DNA from: a bacterium
GTDB lineage: Bacteria > Omnitrophota > Gorgyraeia > Zapsychrales > Zapsychraceae
Direction: 5' to 3'
Assembly (NCBI GenBank): GCA_030429765.1
Contig: JAUIER010000002.1
Span: 130,239-194,238, forward strand
Length of the DNA stretch: 64,000 nt
Part shown: positions 1 through 11,100 of the stretch, piece by piece
Layout of the letters: every line of letters starts with the position of its first letter
Position numbering within the stretch: position 1 is the stretch's first letter
The notes under the pieces: generated by a model
Seen by the model: the letters and a program-made list of their open reading frames with translations, nothing else
What the model was told of the DNA's origin: nothing
Database searches by the model: none
Made by a program: the position numbers and the translations under genes

Positions 1-257
1 TGCCCGGACAGCTTGAGATGGCCGTCGTCATCCCGTCGTTGTGAACACAAATTGAGCATCTGCTTTTGAACAACATCGCTGGTCTGCCCCATGGAACGGG
101 CAAACAGCTCAGTATCCTCAAAGATAGGCGTACGAATTTCAAGATAATTGTAGGTGTGAAGGACATCACGCAGGATATCTTCAATGGCCTGCCATTTGGC
201 AATGTCCATGGCACTGATATCCTGACATCCTCTCGGGACGGTGAATTTTTGAGACAT
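1..257 (-). CDS. hisS: Histidyl-tRNA synthetase, N-terminal part (runs off the window start)
   Basis: Manual translation from ATG at 257: MSQKFTVPRGCQDI...YNYLEIRTPIFEDTELFARSMGQTSDVVQKQM, typical HisRS N-terminus (PRG.D, EIRTPIFE, DVV.K.M). Not in the ORF track. Confidence 0.9.
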   Translation of the reverse strand, partial: MSQKFTVPRGCQDISAMDIAKWQAIEDILRDVLHTYNYLEIRTPIFEDTELFARSMGQTSDVVQKQMLNLCSQRRDDDGHLKLSG

Positions 258-389
258 ATGAACCGCTATAAATGATCTAACCCCGTCCTCCCAGGAAACA
301 TGGGCTGGCGGGGCATTGACCTCAAATTTATAAATCTATATATTTGTTGGATTTAAGACAAATTACACAAGATAAACGTGAGCAAAACT

Positions 390-662
390 TTATTTAATTT
401 TTTGCTTCATCTCTAGACCGGGCTTAAAGATGACCACTTTTCGAGGAGGAACAGGGACACTTTCACCAGTACGGGGATTACGTCCAAATCTCGCGCGTCG
501 CTCTTTGATCTTAAAAACACCGAAGTTTCTAAGCTCGACCTTTTCATTCCTCACAAGACTGTCAACAATCACATCAAACGTTTTCTGCACGATCTTCTTA
601 ACATCCACCTGCTTGATCCCGGTCATATCTGTGATTTTAAGAACTATGTCTTTCTTTGTCAT
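390..662 (-). CDS. HU/IHF family DNA-binding protein
   Basis: MTKKDIV...VELRNFGVF...GRNPRTGE...FKPG; GGAGG RBS upstream. Confidence 0.95.
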   Translation of the reverse strand: MTKKDIVLKITDMTGIKQVDVKKIVQKTFDVIVDSLVRNEKVELRNFGVFKIKERRARFGRNPRTGESVPVPPRKVVIFKPGLEMKQKIK

Positions 663-797
663 TGAATCTACCTCCTGTTCTACTGTCGCCCGATGGGTTC
701 ATGAGGCTTTCGTAGGAATTGATCTAACTCAATATGAGCATCAGAATAGATCCGAAAGGACTGAATGTGAATCCAGTGAAGTGGATCTAACGCAAGT

Positions 798-826
798 ATA
801 GTAACAACAAGACCTTATGGTGTCAA
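798..826 (-). promoter_or_regulatory. Sigma70-type promoter for the HU/IHF gene
   Basis: Minus strand TTGACA (826-821), 17 nt spacer, TACTAT (803-798). Confidence 0.6.
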
Positions 827-892
827 GAAATTATTTTTACGGCGCCGGCGTCGGCCGCCAATCCCCGTATATCCACCTAGATTGACCGATTA

Positions 893-3800
893 TCAGAATT
901 TCAGCGCACAGCGCTCATGCCCCACCAGGTTCTTGATCTCATTCATCAAATCTTCGTTGGGCGCAACAAATAGATCTTCGCCCACCAGGATCTCGACGCT
1001 TTTATTCGCCTGTGTGGCCATCCGCAGATAGACCGGAACCCGTCCGGGTGACGTGGAGAGTTTACGCTTGAGATGCTCAATCCCTTTATCGCCCAGCGTC
1101 GAAAGATCTAAGTTGATTGATTTGATTGATTTATAGACATCCTGGATATGGCCCATGTCGCTGGCGATGACCTTGACTTCATCATCGCGATAGGTGGCCT
1201 TGCCTTTTAAATATACCACCTCGCCATCGCGTAGATAATGAGCTAATTCCTGATACGCGGATGGAAAGACCACAACCTCAACCTCGCCTTCGGTGTCTTC
1301 CAGACGAACAATGGCCATCCGTTCGTTGGTTTTGCGGGTATTGGTCAACTTGACTTTATTGATCAGTCCGACCAGCCGAACCTCTTCCCCATCCAACGCC
1401 TTTCGCAAATATTTGGTCGAAAATTCTGTAAACTGTTTGATTTCAGTGTGATAATGGGCCAACGGATGCCCGCTGACATAAAAGCCCAAGGCCTCTTTCT
1501 CATACGATAAAATCTGAGTCTGCGGCCATTCCATGATATCCGGTAACTCTTCCGACTTCTTATCAAATCCTCCCCCGGAATCGCCCATATCAAAGAATGA
1601 AAATTGTCCCGAGGCCTTTTCTTTTTGCGACTTGGCCCCCAACGCGAGCGTTCGTTCAAGTCCCGCCATCATCTGTGAACGATGAGCTGGAAAATCACTG
1701 AGTGAACCGCTCTTGATCAGATTCTCTAACACCTTTCGATTGGCCAGACGCAAATCAATACGCTCACACAAATCTGTCAACGACTGATAGGATCCACCGG
1801 CTTGGCGTTGCTCGATAATTGAATCAATCGCCGAGGAGCCGACATTCTTAATCGCCAGCAAGCCGTAACGAATCGTATGTTCATCCACAACACTAAACTT
1901 CTTGCGGCTGTCATTGATGTTCGGCGGCTGAATCTTGATACCCATCAACTCACATTCCTTGATATACTCAACCAGTTTTTCAGTGTTATTCATTTCACTG
2001 TTGAGAATAGCGCACATAAACTCGACTGGATAGTTCGCCTTAAGATACGCCGTACGGTAGGTGATCAGCGCGTAGGCCGCCGAATGGCTTCGGTTAAAAC
2101 CATAACCCGAGAAGTAATCGATCAGATCAAAGAGCTTGTTGGCCTTCTCGTTGCTGATCTGACTGGTCTTCTCACAGCCCTCCACAAAATCTTTACGCAT
2201 CTGATCCATCACCGATTGAATCTTCTTACTCATCGCTCGCCGCAAATGATCGGCATGAACCAGTGAGAACCCGGCCAAGGCGACCGGAATCTGCATAACC
2301 TGCTCCTGATAGACGATAATTCCGTAGGTGGCCTTCAGAATCGGCTCGAGCTTGGGGTGATCATATTCAATCTCTACTTCGCCGCGCTTACGTTTGATAA
2401 AATCGTCCAACATCCCGCTTCCCATCGGACCCGGTCGGTACAGAGCCAAAATCGAGATCAGATCCTCAAACTCCGACGGTTCAATCTTCTTGAGAAGCTC
2501 CCGCATCCCGCCACTTTCCAGCTGGAACACACCAAAACTCTGCGCCTTGGTCAACAGCTCATAGGTCCGGGTATCGTCGAGAGCGACATCGTCCATATTC
2601 AGATCAAGATCATATCGATCCTTGATCATCTTGAGTGCGTCATCAATCACCGTCAACGTTCTTAGACCCAAAAAATCCATCTTCAAAAGACCAATGTTGG
2701 CGATGCTCGACATCGAATATGCTGTTGTGATCTGGTCGTCACTGGTCTTAAACAGCGGAACATATTCCTGCAAAGGTTTGTCTGAGATAACAACGCCGGC
2801 CGCGTGGATCGACGCGTGCCGGGTGAGCCCCTCCAGCACCTGGGCCATGTGATAAATATCCCGCGATTGTTTATCCGTCTCGCAAAGCTGCTCGAGCTGC
2901 GGCTCTTTCTCCAGAGCCTCCTTGAGACTGATCCCTAATTCGTTTGGAATCAGCTTGGCAATCTTATCCACATCCCCATACGAAGCCCCCATCGCCCGTC
3001 CGACATCGCGGATCGCCGCCCGCGCCTGCATCGTTCCGAAGGTAATAATCTGCGCCACGTTGGACTTCCCGTACTTTTCCGTGACATAATCGATAACCTC
3101 CGACCGACGCTCATAACAGAAATCAATGTCAATATCCGGCATCCCGCTCCGATCCGGATTCAAAAAACGCTCAAACAGCAAACCGTATTTTAATGGATCG
3201 AGATCCGTAATCCCCAACAGATAACTGACAAGACTTCCCGCGGCCGAACCGCGACCCGGACCGACGGGAATATTGGTTTGCTTGGCATAGTTAATGAAAT
3301 CCCACACAATCAGGAAGTACGCGACAAATCCCATCTTGTCGATGATGCCGATCTCATGTTTTAATCGATCCTCGATCTCAGGCGTCACCTCATCAAACCG
3401 GTGTTCCAATCCCTGCCGGCATAAATCAATCAGATATTCTTTCTGCGTCTTGCCTTGAGGCGGATCAAAACGCGGCAGGTAGTACTCGTCAAAATTCAAT
3501 TCCAGATTACATTTCTCAGCAATCTCCAAGGTATTTTGTATCGCCTCGGGAACCTCGGCAAACAGACTGCGCATGCTCAAGGCATCTTTAAAATAAAATT
3601 CTCCCGTCGACAGCCGCATTCGGTTCGGATCGTCCAGTGTGGTTTGTGTCTGAATACATAACAAGGCATCGTGCGCGGCCGCCTGATCCGGCTCTAAATA
3701 GTGAACATCATTGGTGGCCACCAGCGGAATGTTTAATTCTTTGGAAATCTTGATCAAATCTCGATTTACCTGATTCTGATGACTGATCCCGTGATCCATT

Positions 3801-4330
3801 AATTCGAGATAATAATTGCCTTTGCCGAACAAATTTTGAAAGTCATCCGCCGTCTTCAGCGCTTCATTGAAGTTTCCCTGCATCAAGCTCCAGGCCACCT
3901 CCCCTTTCAGGCAAGCGGAGCAGCAGATCAATCCTTCGGTATGCTGAGCCAGAAGCTCCTTATCTATACGCGGATGATAGTAGAATCCCTCCAGATATCC
4001 CGCCGAGACAAGCTTCAGTAGGTTCCGGTATCCCTTCTCATCTTTGGCAAGCAACAATAAATGTGACGTTGATTTATTCGCCGGCGTCTTCTCATGACGG
4101 GATCCATTGACCGTCACATAGGCCTCGACGCCGATAATAGGTTTGATATTGGCTTGTTTGGCGGCTTGATAAAACTCGATGGCCCCGAACATATTTCCAT
4201 GATCGGTCATCGCAACGGCAGGCATTTGATTTTGAACCGCTTTGTTGATCAGCGGCTTGATGCGGCAGGCCCCGTCCAGCAGGCTGTACTGGGTGTGAAC
4301 GTGTAGATGGACAAAATTCGTGTCGCTCAT
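893..4330 (-). CDS. dnaE: DNA polymerase III alpha subunit
   Basis: PHP motif HLHVHTQYSLLDG, GRGSAAGSLV, PDIDIDF, GYGFNRSH, C-terminal OB fold. Confidence 0.98.
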   Translation of the reverse strand: MSDTNFVHLHVHTQYSLLDGACRIKPLINKAVQNQMPAVAMTDHGNMFGAIEFYQAAKQANIKPIIGVEAYVTVNGSRHEKTPANKSTSHLLLLAKDEKGYRNLLKLVSAGYLEGFYYHPRIDKELLAQHTEGLICCSACLKGEVAWSLMQGNFNEALKTADDFQNLFGKGNYYLELMDHGISHQNQVNRDLIKISKELNIPLVATNDVHYLEPDQAAAHDALLCIQTQTTLDDPNRMRLSTGEFYFKDALSMRSLFAEVPEAIQNTLEIAEKCNLELNFDEYYLPRFDPPQGKTQKEYLIDLCRQGLEHRFDEVTPEIEDRLKHEIGIIDKMGFVAYFLIVWDFINYAKQTNIPVGPGRGSAAGSLVSYLLGITDLDPLKYGLLFERFLNPDRSGMPDIDIDFCYERRSEVIDYVTEKYGKSNVAQIITFGTMQARAAIRDVGRAMGASYGDVDKIAKLIPNELGISLKEALEKEPQLEQLCETDKQSRDIYHMAQVLEGLTRHASIHAAGVVISDKPLQEYVPLFKTSDDQITTAYSMSSIANIGLLKMDFLGLRTLTVIDDALKMIKDRYDLDLNMDDVALDDTRTYELLTKAQSFGVFQLESGGMRELLKKIEPSEFEDLISILALYRPGPMGSGMLDDFIKRKRGEVEIEYDHPKLEPILKATYGIIVYQEQVMQIPVALAGFSLVHADHLRRAMSKKIQSVMDQMRKDFVEGCEKTSQISNEKANKLFDLIDYFSGYGFNRSHSAAYALITYRTAYLKANYPVEFMCAILNSEMNNTEKLVEYIKECELMGIKIQPPNINDSRKKFSVVDEHTIRYGLLAIKNVGSSAIDSIIEQRQAGGSYQSLTDLCERIDLRLANRKVLENLIKSGSLSDFPAHRSQMMAGLERTLALGAKSQKEKASGQFSFFDMGDSGGGFDKKSEELPDIMEWPQTQILSYEKEALGFYVSGHPLAHYHTEIKQFTEFSTKYLRKALDGEEVRLVGLINKVKLTNTRKTNERMAIVRLEDTEGEVEVVVFPSAYQELAHYLRDGEVVYLKGKATYRDDEVKVIASDMGHIQDVYKSIKSINLDLSTLGDKGIEHLKRKLSTSPGRVPVYLRMATQANKSVEILVGEDLFVAPNEDLMNEIKNLVGHERCALKF

Positions 4331-4429
4331 ATGCGCATTATAACAAAAAAGTCACATGCAGACAAACCTCAGAAATATCGACCTGACTTCGCAGGACTTT
4401 CCGAACTTCATTTACATGTGACTTTAAAT

Positions 4430-6235
4430 TTATTCCCACTCAATTGTGGCCGGCGGCTTGGAACTTATATCATAAACCACGCGGTTGACACCATGAACTT
4501 CATTGATGACACGGTTGGAAATCTTTCCTAAGACTTCGTATGGAATCTGCGCCCAGTCCGCGGTCATGCCATCGGTACTGGTCACGGCACGAACGGCGAT
4601 CACGTTCTCATACGTCCGCTGATCACCCATCACACCGACGGTCTTGATCGGCAATAACACGCCAAAGGCCTGCCATATCTCATTGTACAGACCCGCTTTT
4701 TTGATCTCGTCGAGGATTCGATCATCGGCCTCACGCAGCATATCCAATCGCTCTTGGGTTACATCACCAAGAATACGAATCGCGAGCCCCGGCCCCGGGA
4801 ATGGCTGACGCTTGAGAATTGATTCCGGTAAGCCCAGATGTTTTCCGATCTCACGGACCTCATCCTTGAAAAGCTCACGGAACGGCTCAATAAGCTCATA
4901 CTTCATCTTCTTGGGCAACCCGCCGACATTGTGATGACTCTTGATAACCGCAGACGGTCCGCCGGTCGGTGAATGTGACTCGATGACATCCGGATACAAT
5001 GTCCCTTGAGCCAAGAACCCGATATTGGTGACACGTTTGGATTTATCCATGAATACCTTCACAAACTCATCCCCGATAATCATCCGTTTTTCCTCCGGAT
5101 CTTCCACACCTTTCAGACGATCCAGGAATCGGCTCTCGGCCTTGGCCAGACTCAGGTTGATATTGAAATTATTTTTGAAATTCCGCTGAACCTTCGACGC
5201 CTCATTCTTTCGCAATAAGCCGTTATCGACAAAAACACAGTACAACTTCTTGCCGATCGCTTTGTTGATCAAAACGGCTGCAACCGATGAATCCACACCG
5301 CCACTCAGCCCCAGAATCACCTTCTTATTACCGACTTGCTCTTTGATTTTCTTGACAGTGCTGTTGATGTACTTATCCATCGTCCAGCGCGGCAGACAAC
5401 CGCAGATCTGGAATATAAAGTTGAGCAGCAACTGGGTTCCGCGCTGCGTATGGACGACCTCCGGATGAAACTGAACCCCAAAAATCTTTTTCTTACGGTT
5501 GGCGACGGCCGCCATTGATGCATTAAGGGTATGCGCTAATTTGACAAATCCGGTCGGCAGCTTCTTGATTTCGTCGCTATGACTCATCCAGCAGGTTAAA
5601 TTGGACGGCAAATTGGAGAACAAGTCTTTATTGCTGTCCACAAACAATTCAGCCCGACCAAACTCGCGCTCCGTCGACGCCTGCACCTTTCCGCCAAATT
5701 GATGAATGATCGCCTGCATACCGTAGCAAATTCCCAAGACAGGGATATCCAGTTTGAAAATTTCCGGATCCGGCATTGGCGCATTTTCATCATAAACACT
5801 CAATGGCCCGCCCGAGAGAATAATCCCTTTGGGCTTGAGCTCTTTAACCTCTTCCGGCGTAATATTGTATGGGACAATCTTACTAAAGACTTTATTTTCA
5901 CGAATTCGGCGTGCGATTAACTGGGTGTATTGAGATCCAAAATCCAGGACAATAACCACATCCTTGCTTTTGATCTTTCGGACTTTAATCGACGCGGCGA
6001 TTCGGCTGCGAACCTTTTTGAGCTTGGGAACCCTTCCCATCCTTTTCTTTTTGGACTTCTGTTTGAGACGCTCCTGCAGACTCAATTTGGGTTTATCGGC
6101 CTTGGCCGCAGACTTCTTCTTAGCTGTTTTTTTCGTCGCCTTTTTAGCCGTCTTTTTTACCGCCTTGGTCGCCTTCTTCACGGCCTTTTTCTTAGCTACC
6201 GTCTTTTTCTTCGTCGTCTTTTTTTTAGTTGGCAT
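4430..6235 (-). CDS. guaA: GMP synthase (glutamine-hydrolysing) with a Lys/Ala-rich N-terminal extension
   Basis: [44 protein letters not shown]-terminal KPPATIEWE. Confidence 0.97.
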   Translation of the reverse strand: MPTKKKTTKKKTVAKKKAVKKATKAVKKTAKKATKKTAKKKSAAKADKPKLSLQERLKQKSKKKRMGRVPKLKKVRSRIAASIKVRKIKSKDVVIVLDFGSQYTQLIARRIRENKVFSKIVPYNITPEEVKELKPKGIILSGGPLSVYDENAPMPDPEIFKLDIPVLGICYGMQAIIHQFGGKVQASTEREFGRAELFVDSNKDLFSNLPSNLTCWMSHSDEIKKLPTGFVKLAHTLNASMAAVANRKKKIFGVQFHPEVVHTQRGTQLLLNFIFQICGCLPRWTMDKYINSTVKKIKEQVGNKKVILGLSGGVDSSVAAVLINKAIGKKLYCVFVDNGLLRKNEASKVQRNFKNNFNINLSLAKAESRFLDRLKGVEDPEEKRMIIGDEFVKVFMDKSKRVTNIGFLAQGTLYPDVIESHSPTGGPSAVIKSHHNVGGLPKKMKYELIEPFRELFKDEVREIGKHLGLPESILKRQPFPGPGLAIRILGDVTQERLDMLREADDRILDEIKKAGLYNEIWQAFGVLLPIKTVGVMGDQRTYENVIAVRAVTSTDGMTADWAQIPYEVLGKISNRVINEVHGVNRVVYDISSKPPATIEWE

Positions 6236-6272
6236 ATAAAAACCTTGATTTCCTGTATTGACCCTACTACCC

Positions 6273-7433
6273 CTATTTACCCATTCCTACACCTTGACCA
6301 ACCTGAAATACCTTGCCTTCGGTCTGGATCGACGGAGCAATAATGATTTCAACGTCATGCATTTCCTTGATGTTTGACGCTCCCAATGATCCCATCGACG
6401 TCTTTAACGCACCCACCAAGTTCTGTGATCCGTCATCAACATTGGCCGGTCCAAATAGAATCTCTTTGAGTGTTCCGGTGGTTCCAACCCGGATTCGGGT
6501 TCCGCGCGGCAGATTCGCGTGAGATGTGGCCATCCCCCAGTGGTATCCACGACCCGGTGCTTCCTTGGTCCTGGCAAAGGCTGACCCCACCATACAGGCA
6601 TCAGCCCCGGCGGCAAAGGCCTTGCAAATCTCGCCACCAATACGCATTCCCCCGTCGGTGATAATGGGGACATACTTTCCGGTCCGCTTGTAATGATGAT
6701 CACGGGCGGCCGCACAATCAACCGTTGAGGTGATTTGAGGAACTCCGATACCCAGCACTCCACGCGTGGTACAAGCGGCTCCTGGTCCTATCCCGACTAG
6801 CAGTCCCGAGGCCCCTGCATTGATCAGCTCCACCGCCATTTCATAGGTAACACAGTTACCCACCACGATCGGCATTTTCGAGGATTTTAATAACTTTTCC
6901 AAATCAACAACCTTGTACTCCTTGGCCACATGCTTGAGCGATGCAACGGTTGATTGGATTACAAAAATGTCACACCCCGCTTTGCGGGCTATTTCGGAAT
7001 ATTTCTTGGCGTTCTGCGGAATGCAGCTCACAACGGCGGGAACTTTTTTAGCCTTGATCTCTTTGACTCGTTTGGCGATCAAGTCATCCTTCACCGGTTT
7101 GAGATAGACAGATTGGACCAGTTGGGTGGCTTCATCGGGAGCCGCATTAGCGATTTGGTCCAGCACTTCGGATGGATTTTCGTACCGCGTTTGGATTCCG
7201 TCGAGATTCAGAACTGCAATTCCTCCGGCTTTACCCATTTTGACAGAAAAATCAACATCAACAACGCCGTCCATGGCCGCGGCCAGGATGGGCACCTTAA
7301 ATTTCTTGTCACCCAAGGTCCAGCTGGTATCAACTTCATTGGGATTGACCGTGATCATTCCCGGCACCAGGGCAACTTCATCAAACCCGTAACATCTTCT
7401 TGCTCTTCGACCTATACCAATCCATTCGGCCAT
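6273..7433 (-). CDS. GuaB3-type IMP dehydrogenase family protein
   Basis: [38 protein letters not shown]; no CBS domains; adjacent to guaA. Confidence 0.9.
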   Translation of the reverse strand: MAEWIGIGRRARRCYGFDEVALVPGMITVNPNEVDTSWTLGDKKFKVPILAAAMDGVVDVDFSVKMGKAGGIAVLNLDGIQTRYENPSEVLDQIANAAPDEATQLVQSVYLKPVKDDLIAKRVKEIKAKKVPAVVSCIPQNAKKYSEIARKAGCDIFVIQSTVASLKHVAKEYKVVDLEKLLKSSKMPIVVGNCVTYEMAVELINAGASGLLVGIGPGAACTTRGVLGIGVPQITSTVDCAAARDHHYKRTGKYVPIITDGGMRIGGEICKAFAAGADACMVGSAFARTKEAPGRGYHWGMATSHANLPRGTRIRVGTTGTLKEILFGPANVDDGSQNLVGALKTSMGSLGASNIKEMHDVEIIIAPSIQTEGKVFQVGQGVGMGK

Positions 7434-7666
7434 AATGTTCCTTCCTTTGTTAAAGAGTACACTCTTGAGCTGAAATTCGACCTTATAAAGACACCACCCC
7501 TGACTTCTTCATGGACAAATCACCGAAAAATTGAGTCATACTTTGTGAGCATGCTCCGGGGTTTTTAATATTGACGAATCGTAAATTGTTTAATTTGAAT
7601 ATGTTCCGATTTGAATCTGCACTAATACGTAAGCAACGGCAGTCTGAGGCGTGCGATTAAACTAAT

Positions 7667-7695
7667 AATATAGTCATTTTGGGATAAAAAGTCAA
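7667..7695 (-). promoter_or_regulatory. Sigma70-type promoter upstream of guaB3-guaA
   Basis: Minus strand TTGACT (7695-7690), 17 nt spacer, TATATT (7672-7667). Confidence 0.5.
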
Positions 7696-7826
7696 GGAAG
7701 AAAAACACTAAACACAATGCGATTTACAAAATATGACAGCACAAAACACTTGAATCCAAAGACTTTATAAACTATTTCCTCTCTGGTTGACGACGACATC
7801 CGTGTTTGCGAGCTGAATAGATCAGC

Positions 7827-8132
7827 TTAGCCCCTGACGAGGCTAAGCTGATCACGATCTTCCGATTGAAAGCGAACTTTGCGATCGCTCGGATCTAGGG
7901 AATCGTAACTGATGGTTTTCGATTCATCTTCAGCTGCATCTTTGAGCCCCAAAATCATCGGTAAATTTGTGATTGGGGTCACATTTATGATAACCGGCAC
8001 AATGCCCTGAATTCGGATATTGTCCGGATTACCTCGGTATTTTGGAAAGATTAAACTTCCCTCACCTTTCCGTTCAATTTCAAACAGATTCGGATCAAGG
8101 TCAATACCCCCGACATCCTTGTCTGATGAGAT
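7827..8132 (-). other. C-terminal non-enzymatic domain of the giant protein (DVGGIDL...GIVPVIINVTP)
   Basis: About 100 aa after the last DNAM motif; no enzyme motif recognised. Confidence 0.55.
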
Positions 8133-11100
8133 CATCGCATTGTCCAAACCTAGGCGCTGAACATCCACGTCCTCAAGATAAGGATAATTGATATGCGATG
8201 GATCAGCCTGATACGTAATCCTCGTAAACTCCTCTGACTCAATGTCATCCGGATAGATCTTCCAAAGACCCAGCTTGCGTCCAACAGCGGCAATAAGATC
8301 AATGAATTCTTCCGAATAGCCGATTTCGGCAAGTACCGCCGGCGCGAATCCATCACTTAAATCAGCGTCAAGCTGATTTCGACTCATCAGCAATTGCAAC
8401 GCCTCTGCGATCTTCGAAATCAATTTATCGGAATTAGCTTGAAGGAACCCGTCATCCAGCCAATAGGACTTGCCATTGATGTCACCGGCGTAACCCTGTC
8501 CTTTCTCAGCTCTGGCCCGCTCGAGTAAATCCAGGAATTCGTCGTCAGCGTCCAATGCCTGCATGGCGACCATGGCCTGATCCACCGTGAGCGCGTCATT
8601 GAAAGCCACACGCTGAACCGCCACATTTTGATCCGCGGCCGCCCGCGTGATCATCGCGATCGGACGTCGCAAGTTAGGTAATACTTTCTCAGCTGTATAG
8701 AAGTCAATCACACTCTGATTCTTAAAGAGATCGGCCGACAAATATCCTTGTGCCAATCGACGCTCATCCAATGTGATGAATGACAATCCTTGCGCCAAAT
8801 ATTGATCCAGCGCCAGATAATTACCCGGCCACGCGGTATTCATCCCGACTTGGGAATCGATCTCGATTCCAGCCGCTTCGACCATCTCCAAGGCTTTTCC
8901 AATACTTTCCGGAACTTTGACACTATTGAACTGGATATAAACACGATAACCATCCTCTATCAACTCGGCTAAGACCTCCAGTTCGATTCGCAGCAATCGC
9001 TCCCATCGCGGATCCTTAACCAAAGCATCCAATCCGGCAAATCCCAACGCCGGATTCACTTCAGGTTCTTCCATATATTTCTTGCTTCCTTTCAGCTTGA
9101 AGAGATCGTCACTTTGTAAGTCCAGCGTTTCGTAGACCAAACGTGTTTTCTTGTCTTTTAACTGAAGGAGTAGATCTGCCTTCAAAGACTGTCTTAACTT
9201 CGCCTCTCCATCTGTCGTTTCGATAAATCGTAACGGATGAACATTGTTACCGAGATAAAATTCTGAGGCGCGGAATTTAGCATCAAACTCAATTGATTCG
9301 GTTGGTGATTCTGTTTCACTCAATTGTATTTCACTCTGCAGACCTGGAACATCAACCCGTACATCTTGCACCTCACGGTAAATAGTCTTGTTGTTGAAAT
9401 CGATGGTCAGCATATCCCCATCCTCAAGCTCGCGATTAAGTGCTCCGGTGACCTTTACCGACGTCTCTACAATCGGCACGCCCAGTTGCCGGATAGCCTT
9501 TATCTGATCTTCCTGGCCACTGAAATTCTCGATTCGTGCCACGATAACAGCTCCAAGCCGTGCAAATTGCTCTCTGAGGGACTCATCTTCGACAAGCAAC
9601 CGTCCTGTCGCCTTACTATTCTCATCCAATTCCTCGATCACCTTAAAGTCGAGATTACCGGTTAAGACCACAAAATCGCCTACATAGCTCTTTTCAAGCT
9701 CACTCATTCGCTTGACCATATAAGCCGGCCGCGTTGCCGCCCCTTTCTCGGTCTGGGAATCAAAACGATTGGAAACAGCAAATTCTCCTGCCTCATTTGT
9801 TGAAGCCACCGGACTATCAACAACGCCATGTTTTAATGTAGCACTTGCTGCGCGGGTAATGGACGCCAATGTTCCTAAATAATCCGTCCCCGCGTAACCA
9901 CCGGTTTGTCCCAACATCATCAGAATCGTTTCCGCCGCTTCCGGATTGATATTAACCAGATTCACCAAGGCCTGCCCGCATAGCCCACATTTGGTCTCCA
10001 ATTCCTTGGCGATATTAACCACATGTCGAATCGACTCAATAACAAACGGATGCGCTTCGCTAAAGAGGTAGCTCATATCCGGATTGTCCCGATCGGCACC
10101 CAATGTCAGCTGAGTCAAATCGTTCGTCCCGAAGGACAAGAAACTCTTTCGGGAAATCTCGACACCGAATTGTTCTTGGAACCATGCTTTTTGATCAGCC
10201 TCATGATCCTTGAGAACTTTGATAAACTGATCACCTTGAATGACGTTACTAGGCAGCTCGGTCATTTGCCCGACTTCTCTTAGATACACGGGACGTTGCA
10301 ACTGCTCACTCATCGCGCGCTCTTCTTCCACCAGAATTCGCATCAATTCATCCAGCTCATCCGGCGTGGAAACGAACGGGAAGAAAAATCCGATATTCGC
10401 ATATCCCTTTACCACTTGACGAAGAATCATGCGGATTTCTTCACGAAGAATAATTTGATTTTCCGGCTGCAACAACCAGCGTGCTCCACGCTCTCCGATC
10501 ATCGTAGAAACCTCCGGCGTCGGATCAAAAACTTCGGAACCGATGAGCTCGCGCGCCTCGTTCTTTTTGAAGTCGATACTTCGGTAAAGCACAGCATTAT
10601 TTTTGACATTATTTGCGGCGGCCATTGTGGCGATTGCTCCCCCATGAACCGCTTCAAAGAATTCATTGTACGACACATATCCCATCATCTGTTTAGTCGC
10701 CAATGAAATTTGCTCTGGATGCTGCCGAATCAAGTCGATATCCCGGCGAGAGTTTTCATCCAGACTAGCCAAAAATGCTTGATGGCCTTTATTGATAAAT
10801 TCCTGAATTTTGAGGTTAGTCTCATCCAAGACCACATCAATACCCCGAGCCCGTGCATCTTCACGTGCTTTGAGATGCATACGGAATTTGTCCAACGCTT
10901 CCAGCTCTTGCTCATTCAGCGTCGCTCTGTAACGTCGAGCCGGCGGGTTATCCTTCACGGTTCGCAGATAAGCATCGACAAGGAAATTGTCGTAAGCCCG
11001 GCCAAATCGTGGATTAATATTTTCTTCGGCATACGCAAACTCACCTCGCATAAGTGCAACACCGGAGTACCCTGAGTATCGGGAAATTTTAGACATGGCC

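Noticed and set aside
66-275. 69-aa plus-strand ORF
   Set aside because: Antisense shadow of the hisS N-terminus
6100-6230. Low-complexity T-rich repeats as a possible repeat array
   Set aside because: Explained by Lys/Ala codons of the GuaA extension; no repeat-spacer structure
7434-7665. Canonical purine riboswitch upstream of guaB3
   Set aside because: The conserved aptamer core sequences were not recognised
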